Shown here: in pieces, positions 1 through 10,779 of the stretch
How positions within the stretch are numbered: position 1 is the first letter of the stretch
How the letters are laid out: every line of letters begins with the position of its first letter
NCBI GenBank assembly: GCA_965224465.1
Contig: OZ245049.1
Coordinates: forward strand, 1,710,001-1,742,000
DNA length: 32,000 bases
Source of the DNA: Flavobacteriaceae bacterium
Lineage (GTDB): Bacteria; Bacteroidota; Bacteroidia; Flavobacteriales; Flavobacteriaceae
Reading direction: 5' to 3'
Translations under genes and position numbers: made by a program
Notes under the pieces: generated by a model
Told to the model about the DNA's origin: nothing
Seen by the model: the letters and a program-made list of their open reading frames with translations, nothing else
Database searches by the model: none

Positions 1-3000
1 TGGTATGCCTATAGGATTATACCTTCCAATGCAGGTATTTCTTTGTTTTTTAAGGACGTTACTAAAAAGACAGAGGATAGGATTCATAAAACGGAGGCTT
101 ATAAATGTCTACAAGAAAATACAGATGTATCCTTTATCTGGGGCAACAAATCTGGATGGCCCGTAGAGTACGTTTCTAAAAATGTAAAGAAGTTATTAGG
201 CTACACAAAAAAAGATTTTATCAAAAATAAAATATCTTATACCGATCTTATCCATACTGAAGATCTGACATTGCTAAAAAAACAATCAAGAGAACAAGTC
301 TCCAACAAAACTACAAACATTACATACTCTCCTTATCGTATTACAACAAAAAAAGGAAAAACTATTTGGATCTCTCAATCAAACGCACTCCACAAAAATA
401 ATCTTGGAATCATAACAAGTTTCAAAGGGGTTATCAAAGATGTAACGGTACAAGAAAAACTAAAATACAGTTTAGATTTAATCACCAATGCTACTTCGCA
501 CATTGTCGGTAAAGAATTTTTGGACACCATCTGCATTGAATTGACCAAAAGTTTACATTCTGATGTAACCTTAATTGGTTTTACAGATGATAAATTAAAC
601 AAAATAAAAACAATTTCTGTTTCCAATAAAACCAATATATTAAACAATTTTGAATACAATACTAAAGGCACTCCTTGTGAGACCTCCATACATTGCTGCA
701 CAACTTGTATCCCAAAAAAGGCAGCATTACTGTTTCCTGAAAATCAATTTATAACAGATCAAAACTTTGAAGGCTATATTGGAGTTGCTCTTTTTGATAA
801 AAACCGAAAACCAATAGGGCTTATAGCTTCTTTTTTTAAACACCCCATAGAGGATGAAGAGTTCACAAAAACCATCATTCAAATTTTTTCTACTCGAATA
901 GCTGCAGAAATTCAAAGTACGCTCAGTAAAAAAGAAGCATGGGGACTATTTGACGATGCTGCATCAGCTATTTGGATCCAAGATTTATCTAAAGTGAAAT
1001 TATATTTTGACATTCTAAAACAAAATGACATTACGGACTTTAAGAAATACCTTCAAGAAAACCCAGGGGAATTACCCCATATAACATCTCTTGTAAAATT
1101 AACCAATGTCAACAAAAAAAGTTTAGATTTATTTAAGATTAAAAAAGGCGATAAATTACCACAAAACTTAAGTCATTTTTTAAATCCCAATTCAGTTCCT
1201 GCCCTATTAAAATGCCTTAACAGTGTTTTCGAAAACAAAAGGAGTTGCAAGGGAGAATTCCCAATGCTAATTGATGGTGAAGAAAAAACGATTGTTGTAC
1301 ATGCGATCGTTCCAGAAACATCCCGAACAACGTACAAAAAAATATTATTCACTTTTGAAGACATCACAGCGCAGAGAAAAACAGAAAAACTACTAAAAGA
1401 AAGTAAAAAGAGACTTCAAGACCAATTAAATAACACTCCTTTAGCAGCCATCACATGGGATTTAAACTTTAACTGTACCAGTTGGAATCATTCTGCAGAA
1501 AAAATATTTGGGTACAGTGCAAAAGAAGCGATTGGAAAGAATTTTTACACGCTCATTAATTTTGACAATACACAGGAAAAAAGAAATACATTTCTAAACG
1601 GCATCCATGAAAACAAAAATCTACAATACACACTTCAAACATGTACAAAACAACAAAAATTAATAAGCACAAAATGGCATGTTATTCCTCTAAGAGACGC
1701 TACAAATAACATTATAGGGAGTGCCTCTCTAACACAAGATATCACAGAGGAAGTAGAAGCGAACAAGAAAACAGAAAAATCAGAAAAAAAATACAGAGAT
1801 TTATTTAACAAATCCAATGATGCCGTATTTATTTTTTCTAACGAGTTGATTATAGACTGTAACAAAGCTGCTTTAAAAATTTTAGGCATCTCAGATAATA
1901 GAAACATACTCCATAAAAAAGTAGCTATTATCTCCCCTAAATTTCAATCCAACGGAGAACTATCTGAAACTTTTTCCATAAAAAATCATCAAATTGCTTT
2001 AGAGCATGGAAGTCATAAATTTGAATGGATTTTAAAGAGAAAAGACAACAGTACTTTTTATGCTGACGTCTCCCTAACATCCATTGAGACTCATCAAGGA
2101 AAAACAATAATACATGCCGTATGCAGAGACATTACGCAACGCAAAAACAACGAACGCGAATTGCAAAAAGCCTTAGAAAAAGCCAAACAATCAGACAAAT
2201 TGAAATCAGCATTTTTAGCAAATATGAGTCATGAAATACGAACCCCAATGAATGGTATTATCGGTTTTTCAGAATTATTTTTAGATCCAAAACTAAATGA
2301 TAAAGACAGAGAATACTATGCAAATATTGTAATTAACAGCAGTAAGCAATTACTAAATATTGTAAACAACATCCTTGATATCTCACAAATTGAGGCAGGA
2401 ATGGTACATATCAAGAAAGAATCTGTAGACTTAAACGAAGTACTTTCTACGACTAAAAACTTTTTTCAAGGCAAGGCAAAAGACAAGAACATAACACTTA
2501 GTATTGTTAGAGGTCTTCAAGAAAACGCTGTCATAGAGAGTGATCTTTCCAAAATCCAACAAATCCTAAACAACCTAGTTTCTAACGCTTTAAAATTCAC
2601 TAGTTTTGGAAGTGTAGAAATTGGATACAAGCAAATAGACAAACAAATTCAATTCCACGTAAAAGACACAGGTATAGGAATTAAAAACTCGAACAAAGAA
2701 AAAATATTTAACCGGTTTACCCAAGCCAACCCAAATATATCCACAGAGTTTGGAGGGAATGGATTAGGACTTTCAATTTCTAAAAAATTAGTATTTCTTC
2801 TAAACGGAAAAATATGGTTCGAATCTTCTTTAAATAAAGGATCAACATTCTTTTTCAGTATTCCTTACAAAATAAAAAAGCCCCCCACAGCCTTAAAGAA
2901 AACAGCTAAAAAAAACAGTAAACCCACTCCTGAAATCAAAAATAAAAGAACAATCCTAGTCGCTGATGATGAGATTTTCAACATTATGTTTATCAAAGAA

Positions 3001-3318
3001 GTATTTTCAAATAAAAATTTCACCATACTAGAAGCTACAAATGGAAAAGAAGCAGTGGAGTTATGTTCGCAGTATAACAATACAATAGATTTAATTTTAA
3101 TGGATATAAAGATGCCGGTAATGAATGGTCTTGAAGCCACAAGAATCATCAAAAAAAAATATCCTAAAATCCCTGTAATTGCATTGTCTGCATACGCAAT
3201 GGAATCTGACATAAACAAAGCCTTAAGCTATGGCTGTGATGCTACAATATCAAAACCCGTTAATAAAAAGACATTGATGGAAACGCTCCAAAAATACACT
3301 ACTGAATTCAACTCATAA
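1..3318 (+). CDS. multi-PAS hybrid sensor histidine kinase / response regulator (5' end probably outside window)
   Basis: Frame 1 is open from base 1, with no stop before the TTG at 43. There are several PAS-like segments ending in DIT/DVT motifs. H-box [21 protein letters not shown]; HATPase boxes ([30 protein letters not shown]); C-terminal receiver domain ([30 protein letters not shown]). Confidence 0.88.
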   Translation, partial: WYAYRIIPSNAGISLFFKDVTKKTEDRIHKTEAYKCLQENTDVSFIWGNKSGWPVEYVSKNVKKLLGYTKKDFIKNKISYTDLIHTEDLTLLKKQSREQVSNKTTNITYSPYRITTKKGKTIWISQSNALHKNNLGIITSFKGVIKDVTVQEKLKYSLDLITNATSHIVGKEFLDTICIELTKSLHSDVTLIGFTDDKLNKIKTISVSNKTNILNNFEYNTKGTPCETSIHCCTTCIPKKAALLFPENQFITDQNFEGYIGVALFDKNRKPIGLIASFFKHPIEDEEFTKTIIQIFSTRIAAEIQSTLSKKEAWGLFDDAASAIWIQDLSKVKLYFDILKQNDITDFKKYLQENPGELPHITSLVKLTNVNKKSLDLFKIKKGDKLPQNLSHFLNPNSVPALLKCLNSVFENKRSCKGEFPMLIDGEEKTIVVHAIVPETSRTTYKKILFTFEDITAQRKTEKLLKESKKRLQDQLNNTPLAAITWDLNFNCTSWNHSAEKIFGYSAKEAIGKNFYTLINFDNTQEKRNTFLNGIHENKNLQYTLQTCTKQQKLISTKWHVIPLRDATNNIIGSASLTQDITEEVEANKKTEKSEKKYRDLFNKSNDAVFIFSNELIIDCNKAALKILGISDNRNILHKKVAIISPKFQSNGELSETFSIKNHQIALEHGSHKFEWILKRKDNSTFYADVSLTSIETHQGKTIIHAVCRDITQRKNNERELQKALEKAKQSDKLKSAFLANMSHEIRTPMNGIIGFSELFLDPKLNDKDREYYANIVINSSKQLLNIVNNILDISQIEAGMVHIKKESVDLNEVLSTTKNFFQGKAKDKNITLSIVRGLQENAVIESDLSKIQQILNNLVSNALKFTSFGSVEIGYKQIDKQIQFHVKDTGIGIKNSNKEKIFNRFTQANPNISTEFGGNGLGLSISKKLVFLLNGKIWFESSLNKGSTFFFSIPYKIKKPPTALKKTAKKNSKPTPEIKNKRTILVADDEIFNIMFIKEVFSNKNFTILEATNGKEAVELCSQYNNTIDLILMDIKMPVMNGLEATRIIKKKYPKIPVIALSAYAMESDINKALSYGCDATISKPVNKKTLMETLQKYTTEFNS

Positions 3319-3321
3319 AAA

Positions 3322-4392
3322 TTAACATATAGATAGAAACGGCAATTTCAAATAAAAGGTGGTACCTAATCCTTCTACAGAAGTAAAATACACCGTTCCC
3401 TTCATAAATTTTTCAACAAATAATTTCATCGTACAAATACCTGTACCTTTCCTATTCCTATACACTTGGAGTTGTACACACAGAGGCATTACGGCATCCG
3501 TATGAAAAGAAAACACAACACTATCTACCAATCTCAGAATACTTATCTCAATGCTACCGTATTCACTAGGTACTGATAATACGCTCGTCAATAAAATCAT
3601 AAGTGCACTCATTAAAATGTTTTTATCTGAGTAAAAATTAAAAACATCAAACTCTAGACCTTTATTAATTTCAATAGATGTAACATCACAACGTGTATTA
3701 AAATGAAGCTTCATCGATTTAAAAACATCTTTAGAATTTAATTTTTCTTTACACATAGTAACTCTTGTATTCTGAGCTTCCGAAAACAAGTGTTGAAACA
3801 ACGTATACGCATCATCAACTTCCCTTCTTAAACCTCGAGAAATAACCTGTTCTACATACGTTAAATCACATTTTTCATGTTTAAAAGATTCAGCTCCTAA
3901 GTGCTCTATACCCTTACCTATATCCTGCTCATTTACTGTCAGTATTAAAAAATTACCACCCTCAAAACTCAAAGGGGTCGAAGCAATTTTATATTTTTTC
4001 TCAACAACCACATCCCCTTCATATACAACTAAAAAAACATCCATTTTATTTTTTTGTTGAGGCGAGTTTAAGTGTCTAAAAACAGATTTTAAACCACAAG
4101 AAGAACACCTTTTAGTGTTTTCAATTTTTGAAATATTGTACACACATTTAAGAGCTTCACCCATTTTTCTTCCAAGCAATTCCTCTGCCGATGCATATCC
4201 AAAATTCTCTAACAATACATCGCTTACAAAAACCAACTCGTTCGCAGTATTAATTATTGCCACCGAAGTTTCTAAACCCCTCAACATTCCATGTACTAAA
4301 ACGGACTTTTTAAATCTATCCTGTTGTGATATTAGCTTATTATTTACACTGACAGTTCTAAGATCCTTGTTTGTAGAAAATTGATTTTTCAT
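3322..4392 (-). CDS. PAS-domain sensor protein with a degenerate histidine-kinase-like ATPase C-terminus
   Basis: 356-aa ORF convergent with the hybrid kinase (3-nt gap). The N-terminal segment is PAS-like (VAIINTANELVFVSDVLLENFGYASAEELLGRKM). The C-terminal G2-like box is GTGICTMKLFVEKFMKGTVYFTSVEGLGTTFYLKLP. I could not see a clear H-box or DxGxG box. Confidence 0.55.
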   Translation of the reverse strand: MKNQFSTNKDLRTVSVNNKLISQQDRFKKSVLVHGMLRGLETSVAIINTANELVFVSDVLLENFGYASAEELLGRKMGEALKCVYNISKIENTKRCSSCGLKSVFRHLNSPQQKNKMDVFLVVYEGDVVVEKKYKIASTPLSFEGGNFLILTVNEQDIGKGIEHLGAESFKHEKCDLTYVEQVISRGLRREVDDAYTLFQHLFSEAQNTRVTMCKEKLNSKDVFKSMKLHFNTRCDVTSIEINKGLEFDVFNFYSDKNILMSALMILLTSVLSVPSEYGSIEISILRLVDSVVFSFHTDAVMPLCVQLQVYRNRKGTGICTMKLFVEKFMKGTVYFTSVEGLGTTFYLKLPFLSIC

Positions 4393-4629
4393 TTAAAAAA
4401 CTTAAAATTCAACATTCATAACTTAAACAAATGCAATTGCAATATACTCAATTCACATACCTCAATCCATTTTTAATTATTTAAATCCTTTATATTATCA
4501 AAAAAACAAAAACACCAACACATTAAAACGACATTCTCAAGGCACTATCCTATTGATTATCGTATTTTACAAGCACTAAACTAAACAACTACACAAGAGA
4601 TACTTACTACTAAAAAACAAAAAAAACAA

Positions 4630-5115
4630 ATGAAAAACAAACAGCAGATCCGTGTAAACAACCAGTTTAATTTTGTCCTGAGTCAAAACGACTTAGACGA
4701 TTTAGACATTCTAATCTTAAAAAAAGACAAGAAACATGTACTCTTAAAAAACGCTTCACATAGCATTGTTATTTCTAAAAGAGATTTTAAATTAAAAGCT
4801 TATGAGATTAACATAGATTCAGAAGTATACAACGTTGTTATAAAAAATGAATTGGACACACGTATTAAAAAAATGGGTTTTTCCATTGAAAAAACAGCTA
4901 TTTCTAAAAGCTTTAAAGCTCCTATGCCCGGATTTATTTTAGACATCCTTGTAAAAAAAGGTGCGCACGTTCAAAAAGGAAGTCCTATACTTATCCTAGA
5001 AGCGATGAAAATGGAGAATACGATAAATGCACCCATGGAGGGACGTATAAAATCCATTCATGTAACAAAAGGAGAGAATGTTGAGAAAGGAACACTTTTA
5101 ATAGAAATGGAATAA
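4630..5115 (+). CDS. biotin carboxyl carrier protein (biotinyl/lipoyl domain) of an acyl-CoA carboxylase
   Basis: Biotinylation motif EAMKMEN sits in a C-terminal ~70-aa lipoyl-like domain (APMPGFILDILVKKGAHVQKGSPILILEAMKMENTINAPMEGRIKSIHV). It is the first gene of a three-gene carboxylase cluster. Confidence 0.85.
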   Translation: MKNKQQIRVNNQFNFVLSQNDLDDLDILILKKDKKHVLLKNASHSIVISKRDFKLKAYEINIDSEVYNVVIKNELDTRIKKMGFSIEKTAISKSFKAPMPGFILDILVKKGAHVQKGSPILILEAMKMENTINAPMEGRIKSIHVTKGENVEKGTLLIEME

Positions 5116-5275
5116 TACCAATGACAATCCAAAATGACCGATATAAATAGTTTGTTTTACGTTCTAGCATTGTTAAAAAACAGAACGATAGCAAAGCTAT
5201 CCATCCATTTTTTACCAAGTTAAAACAAAAAATAATTCCATTCCTAAACCGTCACTTGGAAATGTATTTGGTATA
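5115..5275 (+). repeat. MITE-like dispersed repeat, copy A (~160 bp, terminal inverted repeats)
   Basis: Starts ATACCAATGACAATCCAAAATGACCGATATAAATAG and ends CCGTCACTTGGAAATGTATTTGGTATA. It is alignable over its full length to 6 other copies in the window. It fills the BCCP-accC intergenic gap and begins at the BCCP stop codon. Confidence 0.8.
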
Positions 5276-5298
5276 ACATTGATAACACAAAAACAAGC

Positions 5299-6747
5299 AT
5301 GAAAAAAATACTCATAGCAAACAGAGGAGAAATAGCCATTAGAGTGATGAAAACAGCTCATAAAATGGGAATTAAAACAGTTGCTGTATTCTCTGAAGTA
5401 GACAGAAACTCCCCCCATGTCAGATACGCCCATGAAGCAGTTTATATCGGCGAATCTCCCTCAAACAAATCCTATTTACTAGGAGATAAGATAATAGAGG
5501 CAGCCTTAAATTTAGGTGTGGACGCAATACACCCCGGATATGGATTCCTAAGTGAAAATGCTTCCTTCTCTGAAAAAGTAGTAAAAAACGGACTCATTTT
5601 TATAGGACCAAATGCAGATGCAATCCGAATAATGGGAAGTAAATTGGCTGCAAAAAAAGCCGTGAAAAATTACAATATCGCTATGGTTCCAGGAATTGAC
5701 AAAGCCATTACTGATGTACACGAAGCTACCGAAATCGCTATTGAAATGGGATTTCCTATTTTAATAAAAGCATCTGCTGGCGGTGGCGGAAAAGGAATGA
5801 GAATTGTTGAAAACAAAAAAAACATAGCGGAACAAATGGCGCGCGCTATAAGTGAAGCAACAAGCGCATTTGGTGATGGGTCTGTGTTTATAGAAAAATA
5901 TATCGCATCACCCCGTCATATTGAAATTCAAATAATGGCAGATACTTATGGAAACATCATTCATTTATTTGAACGAGAATGCAGTATTCAAAGACGCCAT
6001 CAAAAAGTAATAGAAGAAGCACCTTCTACCGTATTAACACCCCAGTTGAGAAAAAAAATGGGAGCAGCTGCCATTCTCGTAGCAAGATCGTGCAACTATA
6101 TTGGGGCAGGGACTGTTGAGTTTTTATTAGACAAGAATCAAAATTTCTTTTTCTTAGAAATGAACACTCGCCTACAAGTAGAACACCCCGTTACTGAATT
6201 CATCACAGGATTGGACCTAGTTGCCTTACAAATCAGCATAGCAAGAGGCGAAAAACTCCCTCTTTCACAAGAGGATGTTCAAATAAAGGGGCATGCCATC
6301 GAACTTCGAGTGTACGCAGAGGATCCCTTAAATAATTTCTTACCAAGTGTTGGTTTTTTAAAAACATACCAACCACCTAAGGGACCCGGTATTCGAGTAG
6401 ATGATGGTTATGAACAAGGCATGGATATCCCCATTTATTACGACCCAATGCTCTCCAAACTTATCACCTACGGAAAAACGAGATCCGAGGCAATCCAAAA
6501 AATGCTATCCGCAATTAAAGACTACAAAATAGAGGGGGTAAAAACTACGTTGTCCTTCGGGAAATTTGTCTGTGAACACGAGGCTTTTACTTCTGGAAAT
6601 TTCAATACACATTTTGTGAAAAATTTCTACTCACCTCAACTTTTAGAAGAAACACTTAAAGAAAAAGCAAAACTCGCAGCACTCATAGCTTTACAGGCTT
6701 ATATGGAAGACAAATCTAAATTACGCATCCCTACAATCACACCCTAA
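5299..6747 (+). CDS. accC: biotin carboxylase subunit (ATP-grasp)
   Basis: N-terminus KILIANRGEIAIRVMKTA; glycine-rich loop KASAGGGGKGMR; EMNTRLQVEHPVTE. At 482 aa it has the usual AccC size. Confidence 0.93.
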   Translation: MKKILIANRGEIAIRVMKTAHKMGIKTVAVFSEVDRNSPHVRYAHEAVYIGESPSNKSYLLGDKIIEAALNLGVDAIHPGYGFLSENASFSEKVVKNGLIFIGPNADAIRIMGSKLAAKKAVKNYNIAMVPGIDKAITDVHEATEIAIEMGFPILIKASAGGGGKGMRIVENKKNIAEQMARAISEATSAFGDGSVFIEKYIASPRHIEIQIMADTYGNIIHLFERECSIQRRHQKVIEEAPSTVLTPQLRKKMGAAAILVARSCNYIGAGTVEFLLDKNQNFFFLEMNTRLQVEHPVTEFITGLDLVALQISIARGEKLPLSQEDVQIKGHAIELRVYAEDPLNNFLPSVGFLKTYQPPKGPGIRVDDGYEQGMDIPIYYDPMLSKLITYGKTRSEAIQKMLSAIKDYKIEGVKTTLSFGKFVCEHEAFTSGNFNTHFVKNFYSPQLLEETLKEKAKLAALIALQAYMEDKSKLRIPTITP

Positions 6748-6756
6748 ATTACACCT

Positions 6757-8292
6757 ATGAAAACAAAAAGCTTAGAAGAAAAAATTAAACTCGCTCATTT
6801 AGGAGGAGGACAGCTACGTATAGATAAACAACACCATAAAAAGAAGCTAACAGCAAGAGAACGAATCACCTATTTATTAGACGAAGAATCCTTTGAAGAA
6901 ATGGGCTTGTTAGTAATACACAGAAATACAGATTTCGGCACAGAAAAAGAACTGTATTACGGAGATGGAGTAATCACTGGGTACGGTACTATAGACCATA
7001 GACTTGTATATGTTTACGCACAAGACTTTACCGTTTTCGGAGGATCGTTGTCTGAAACACATGCAGAAAAAATTTGTAAAGTAATGGATCACGCCCTAAA
7101 AGTAGGCGCCCCTATTATAGGACTCAACGATTCTGGAGGAGCACGGATTCAAGAAGGCGTAAAATCTCTAGGTGGCTATGCAGAGATATTCTACCGAAAC
7201 GTACAAGCTTCTGGGGTTATCCCACAACTTTCTGCTATTATGGGACCTTGCGCTGGAGGCGCCGTCTACTCCCCTGCCATGACCGACTTTACCCTAATGG
7301 TAGAAAACACAAGCTATATGTTTGTTACAGGACCAAGTGTGGTTAAAACAGTTACAAACGAAAATGTTAGCGCCGAGGCTCTGGGAGGAGCAAGTACACA
7401 TGCTAGCAAATCTGGTGTCACACATATTACATCAACAAACGACATTACCTGTTTAGAAGATTTAAAAAAATTATTGAGTTATCTTCCACAAAACAACGAG
7501 CAAAAAACCGCGAAAATCCCTTTCGAATTAGGAGAAGAAATGCGTACGTCTTTAGAAACCATACTTCCAGACAACAGCAACAAACCCTACGATATGCATT
7601 CTGTAATTGAAGAAATCATAGATAAAACTTCTTTTTTTGAAATCCATAAAAAGTATGCCGAAAACATTATTGTAGGATTTGCAAGGTTGGCTGGGAAAAG
7701 CATTGGAATCATCGCAAACCAACCAAAGTGTTTGGCAGGATGTTTGGATGTAAATAGTTCTAAAAAAGGAGCTCGGTTTACCCGTTTTTGTGACAGTTTC
7801 AACATTCCATTATTAGTGCTCGTAGATGTCCCTGGATTCCTACCTGGAACAGACCAAGAATGGAATGGAATAATCACCAACGGAGCAAAACTTTTATACG
7901 CATTAAGCGAAGCAACTGTCCCTAGAATTACGGTAATTATAAGAAAAGCCTACGGGGGTGCTTACGATGTAATGAATTCTAAACACATAGGCGCCGATTT
8001 AAATTTAGCTTGGCCAACTGCAGAAATTGCTGTTATGGGAGCCAAAGGCGCAAGTGAAATTATCTTTAAAAAAGAAATTGCTACAGCCGATGACCCTGCC
8101 CTAAAACTTTCAGAAAAAGAAGCCGAATATGCCCGTACTTTTGCCAACCCTTACACTGCTGCAGAACGCGGTTTTATAGATGAAGTTATCCAACCAAAAA
8201 CTACACGACGTAAACTTATAAAAGGCTTTACAATGCTCGAAGGAAAACGCGTACAACAACCTAAAAGAAAACACGGAAACATTCCCTTATAA
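6757..8292 (+). CDS. pccB: acyl-CoA carboxylase carboxyltransferase subunit (propionyl-CoA carboxylase beta / methylmalonyl-CoA carboxyltransferase 12S family)
   Basis: 511 aa. Motifs seen: [73 protein letters not shown]. All are typical of PccB-type carboxyltransferases. Confidence 0.9.
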   Translation: MKTKSLEEKIKLAHLGGGQLRIDKQHHKKKLTARERITYLLDEESFEEMGLLVIHRNTDFGTEKELYYGDGVITGYGTIDHRLVYVYAQDFTVFGGSLSETHAEKICKVMDHALKVGAPIIGLNDSGGARIQEGVKSLGGYAEIFYRNVQASGVIPQLSAIMGPCAGGAVYSPAMTDFTLMVENTSYMFVTGPSVVKTVTNENVSAEALGGASTHASKSGVTHITSTNDITCLEDLKKLLSYLPQNNEQKTAKIPFELGEEMRTSLETILPDNSNKPYDMHSVIEEIIDKTSFFEIHKKYAENIIVGFARLAGKSIGIIANQPKCLAGCLDVNSSKKGARFTRFCDSFNIPLLVLVDVPGFLPGTDQEWNGIITNGAKLLYALSEATVPRITVIIRKAYGGAYDVMNSKHIGADLNLAWPTAEIAVMGAKGASEIIFKKEIATADDPALKLSEKEAEYARTFANPYTAAERGFIDEVIQPKTTRRKLIKGFTMLEGKRVQQPKRKHGNIPL

Positions 8293-8444
8293 GTGAAAAA
8301 AGCGACAAACCTTATATGTAAACAGCTAGCAATAAATATATTAACAAAAAAATAAATACCCCTCTATTTTATGAACGTAAACTTTTAATAAAAATGCAAT
8401 TTTATCTAAAAACAACACTTATTTTTACATTTTAAAATTATTAT

Positions 8445-9259
8445 ATGTTGGATTTATCTAAAGTAAAAATGGTGGTTACCGATATGGACGGTACTTTACT
8501 AAATGATTGGGGAGAGGTAAGCCCTGAATTTTTTCGATTGTTTACGCTATTACAAAAACACAACATACATTTTGTTGTTGCAAGTGGTCGTCAATATTTT
8601 AGTATGTTAGAAAAACTATACAGCATAAAAGATGCTATTACTATTGTTGCAGAAAATGGAGGAATGACCAATTATAATGGTGAAGTAATCTCTACCAGTA
8701 CCATTTCTCAAAAACAAATTAACATTATTATAGACACCTTAAGAAAAACTTCGGGTGCCTATATTGTTTTATGTGGTAAAAAAAATGCCTATATCGAAAC
8801 ATCTGACAAAAAATTCATCGAAATATTCAAAGAATATTACACTAAATTTGAACATGTTAAGGATTTAAAAAGTGTTACTGAAGACAAAATATTTAAGATT
8901 GCCACGTATCATTTTAAAAATTCCACCGACTATATTTACCCCTTTGTAGAACATTTAGAAGATGAAAATTTAGTAAAAATATCAGGGAAAAACTGGTTAG
9001 ACATATCTTCTCCATCTACCAATAAAGGACAAGCTATTGAAAATTTACAACAACTATTAACATCACAAAAGAAGAAACAATGGTTTTTGGTGATTACAAT
9101 AACGATTTAGAAATGTTAGCACAAGCCCATTTTAGTTACGCCATGGAAAACGCTTGTGAAGATGTAAAAAAAGCAGCACGTTTTCACACAAAAAGTAACA
9201 ACAACAATGGGGTGGAATTTATATTAGATAAACTTATAAAATCCAAAGAGCTCAATTAA
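8445..9259 (+). pseudogene. Cof-type HAD-IIB hydrolase interrupted by a 1-nt frameshift near 9057-9062
   Basis: Frame 0 gives MVVTDMDGTLLN...ASGRQYFS...NKGQAIENLQQLL and stops at 9110. Frame 2 is open from 9041 and continues ITKEETMVFGDYNNDLEMLAQAHFSYAMENA...KSKELN* to 9259. Together they form a complete Cof-like protein if one base is restored around TTAACATC. Confidence 0.8.
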
Positions 9260-9412
9260 TTCAATTACAATCCATAATAACCTATATAAATAAGTTGTTT
9301 TACGCTCTAGTGTTGTTAAAAATCAGAACGATAGTTAAGGCTATCCATCCATTTTTTATCTAGCTAAAAAAAAATTATTTATAAACCGTCACTTGGAAAT
9401 ATATTTGGTTTA
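9259..9412 (+). repeat. MITE-like dispersed repeat, copy B
   Basis: Starts AATTCAATTACAATCCATAATAACCTATATAAATAAG and ends CCGTCACTTGGAAATATATTTGGTTTA. It begins at the HAD stop codon. Confidence 0.75.
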
Positions 9413-9436
9413 ATTTAATCACAGCATCTCAAACAA

Positions 9437-9471
9437 AAAAAGCTAGTAAACATAACATTTACTAGCTTTTT
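9437..9471 (+). terminator. rho-independent terminator-like hairpin
   Basis: AAAAGCTAGTAAA / TTTACTAGCTTTT arms with an 8-nt loop, followed by T-rich sequence. It lies downstream of the HAD gene and repeat copy B. Confidence 0.55.
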
Positions 9472-9484
9472 ATCTATTATTTAA

Positions 9485-10473
9485 TAGGGTTACCCTCTTA
9501 AGTCGCAATATATTTGATTGATTTATAGGTTATTGGTTTTTCTTTACACATTCTTTTTAGTAGGTTTTCTAAGATGTTTTCTCTAAAATTGAGTCGATTA
9601 AATCGATAGAAATACTCTTGAATGTATTGATTTATATACTCTTTCTCACAATACGAATGAACGCCTCTTAACCAATTTTTAAAGTTTCTTATCTGAAAAT
9701 GTAGCATCTTAAAATTCTCACCATTATTAGATAATATTTGTGTTAAATTTGGGAAGTTCTTTTTTAAAGGTTTATATCCTGACCAGCCATCTGTAACTAT
9801 ATTGGCATCAAACTTTATATGTTTCTCAAATATTGGTTTTAATGATTTGCAACTATAATCTTCTATCACCTTTGCGTATGCTCTGCCTGGTTTACCATTT
9901 CTATTTTCAATGGCAATTACAACTCTAATTTTAGTAGCTGATTTACTACGTCCTTGCTCTCCTTTTTTTGGTGTACCTATTTCAAACTCGTCTACATGAA
10001 CTTCTTTTTCTAAAGGATATTTCTCACTACTTTTCATTGCTTCTTGTACTTTTCTTCTAAACAACCAAGCTGTCATCTGTTTAACACCGTGCCTTTCTGC
10101 TAACCAAATACTATTCGCTCCTTTCTTACTGGTAACTATATCATAAGTCGTTTCAAAGGCTTCTACAATACCAAATTTAACTTTATGAAATAGAGTGTTC
10201 GCAGTTGGAGACTCATCATATCCGCATTTTGTACAACGTCTATTATACGCTCTTTTTCCTTTTAAAAACTTTGTGTTTTTACATTTAAAACAGGAAAAAC
10301 CTTCTTCCCATTTTACAGATGATAAAAAAGATAAACATAAACTCTCTTCTCCAAACTTAGTGTGAAATTCTTTACGAGATAATTCTTTTAATATTTTCAT
10401 AGCTTTCTTTTTCTAAAAGTAAAAAATCCTTTCAGAAAAACAAAATATTAGTGAGATTTAAATAGGTAACCCT
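9485..10473 (-). mobile_element. IS1595-family insertion sequence flanked by a 9-bp direct repeat
   Basis: Imperfect terminal inverted repeats (T)AGGGTTACC..TTAA..TC at 9485-9510 and 10448-10473. Direct repeat ATTATTTAA at 9476-9484 and 10474-10482. The element contains a single transposase ORF. Confidence 0.8.
9498..10400 (-). CDS. IS1595-family transposase (N-terminal zinc ribbon plus DDE domain)
   Basis: The N-terminus has CxxC...CxxC (CFKCKNTKF...RRCTKCGY) and SIWLAERHGVKQMTAWLFRRKV. The central/C-terminal part is ISXO2-like (VHVDEFEIG, IVTDGWSGY). These are typical of IS1595 transposases. Confidence 0.85.
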   Translation of the reverse strand: MKILKELSRKEFHTKFGEESLCLSFLSSVKWEEGFSCFKCKNTKFLKGKRAYNRRCTKCGYDESPTANTLFHKVKFGIVEAFETTYDIVTSKKGANSIWLAERHGVKQMTAWLFRRKVQEAMKSSEKYPLEKEVHVDEFEIGTPKKGEQGRSKSATKIRVVIAIENRNGKPGRAYAKVIEDYSCKSLKPIFEKHIKFDANIVTDGWSGYKPLKKNFPNLTQILSNNGENFKMLHFQIRNFKNWLRGVHSYCEKEYINQYIQEYFYRFNRLNFRENILENLLKRMCKEKPITYKSIKYIAT

Positions 10474-10492
10474 ATTATTTAAATCTAAACTC

Positions 10493-10768
10493 TTATACAA
10501 TTTCCGCAGACAACCCAAGCTCTAACAACTTGGAACACTGATATTTCAAAGCATCATACTCACCTGTTTTTACGGCACATTTCCCTTTATAATGCACCAA
10601 AATAGTACATTGTTCGGCTTGCTCTAACGTATGATCACAGACATCTATTAAACTATCAATCACAAAATCAAATGTATTTACATCATCATTAAACAACACT
10701 ATTTCGTGTTTTTGAGTCTCTTGCTCCAACACATCTACCTCTTCTTTAATTTCAATTTGTGTACTCAT
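10493..10768 (-). CDS. clpS: ATP-dependent Clp protease adaptor ClpS
   Basis: 91 aa. VLFNDDVNTFDFVIDSLIDVCDHTLEQAEQCTILVHYKGKCAVKTGEY matches the ClpS core. Confidence 0.88.
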   Translation of the reverse strand: MSTQIEIKEEVDVLEQETQKHEIVLFNDDVNTFDFVIDSLIDVCDHTLEQAEQCTILVHYKGKCAVKTGEYDALKYQCSKLLELGLSAEIV

Positions 10769-10779
10769 AGTCCTCTAAA

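Noticed and set aside
375-3218. Six minus-strand ORFs of 62-117 aa (375-701, 727-915, 1173-1367, 1635-1907, 2865-3218) inside the hybrid kinase gene
   Set aside because: They are antisense shadow ORFs wholly inside a long, motif-rich coding region. They have low-complexity or hydrophobic translations with no recognisable motifs.
4115-4384. Plus-strand 89-aa ORF overlapping the 3322-4392 gene
   Set aside because: It is antisense to a longer ORF with kinase-like motifs and has no features of its own.
5115-5275. TA target-site duplication (Tc1/IS630-like) for the dispersed repeat
   Set aside because: Most copies are bounded by TA|CCAA...TTGG|TA. This dinucleotide is equally well explained as part of the inverted repeat itself. 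Empty sites would be needed to decide.
4991-5433. Minus-strand ORFs 4991-5218 and 5212-5433
   Set aside because: They overlap the BCCP 3' end, repeat copy A and the accC 5' end, so they are artefacts of AT-rich sequence and the repeat.
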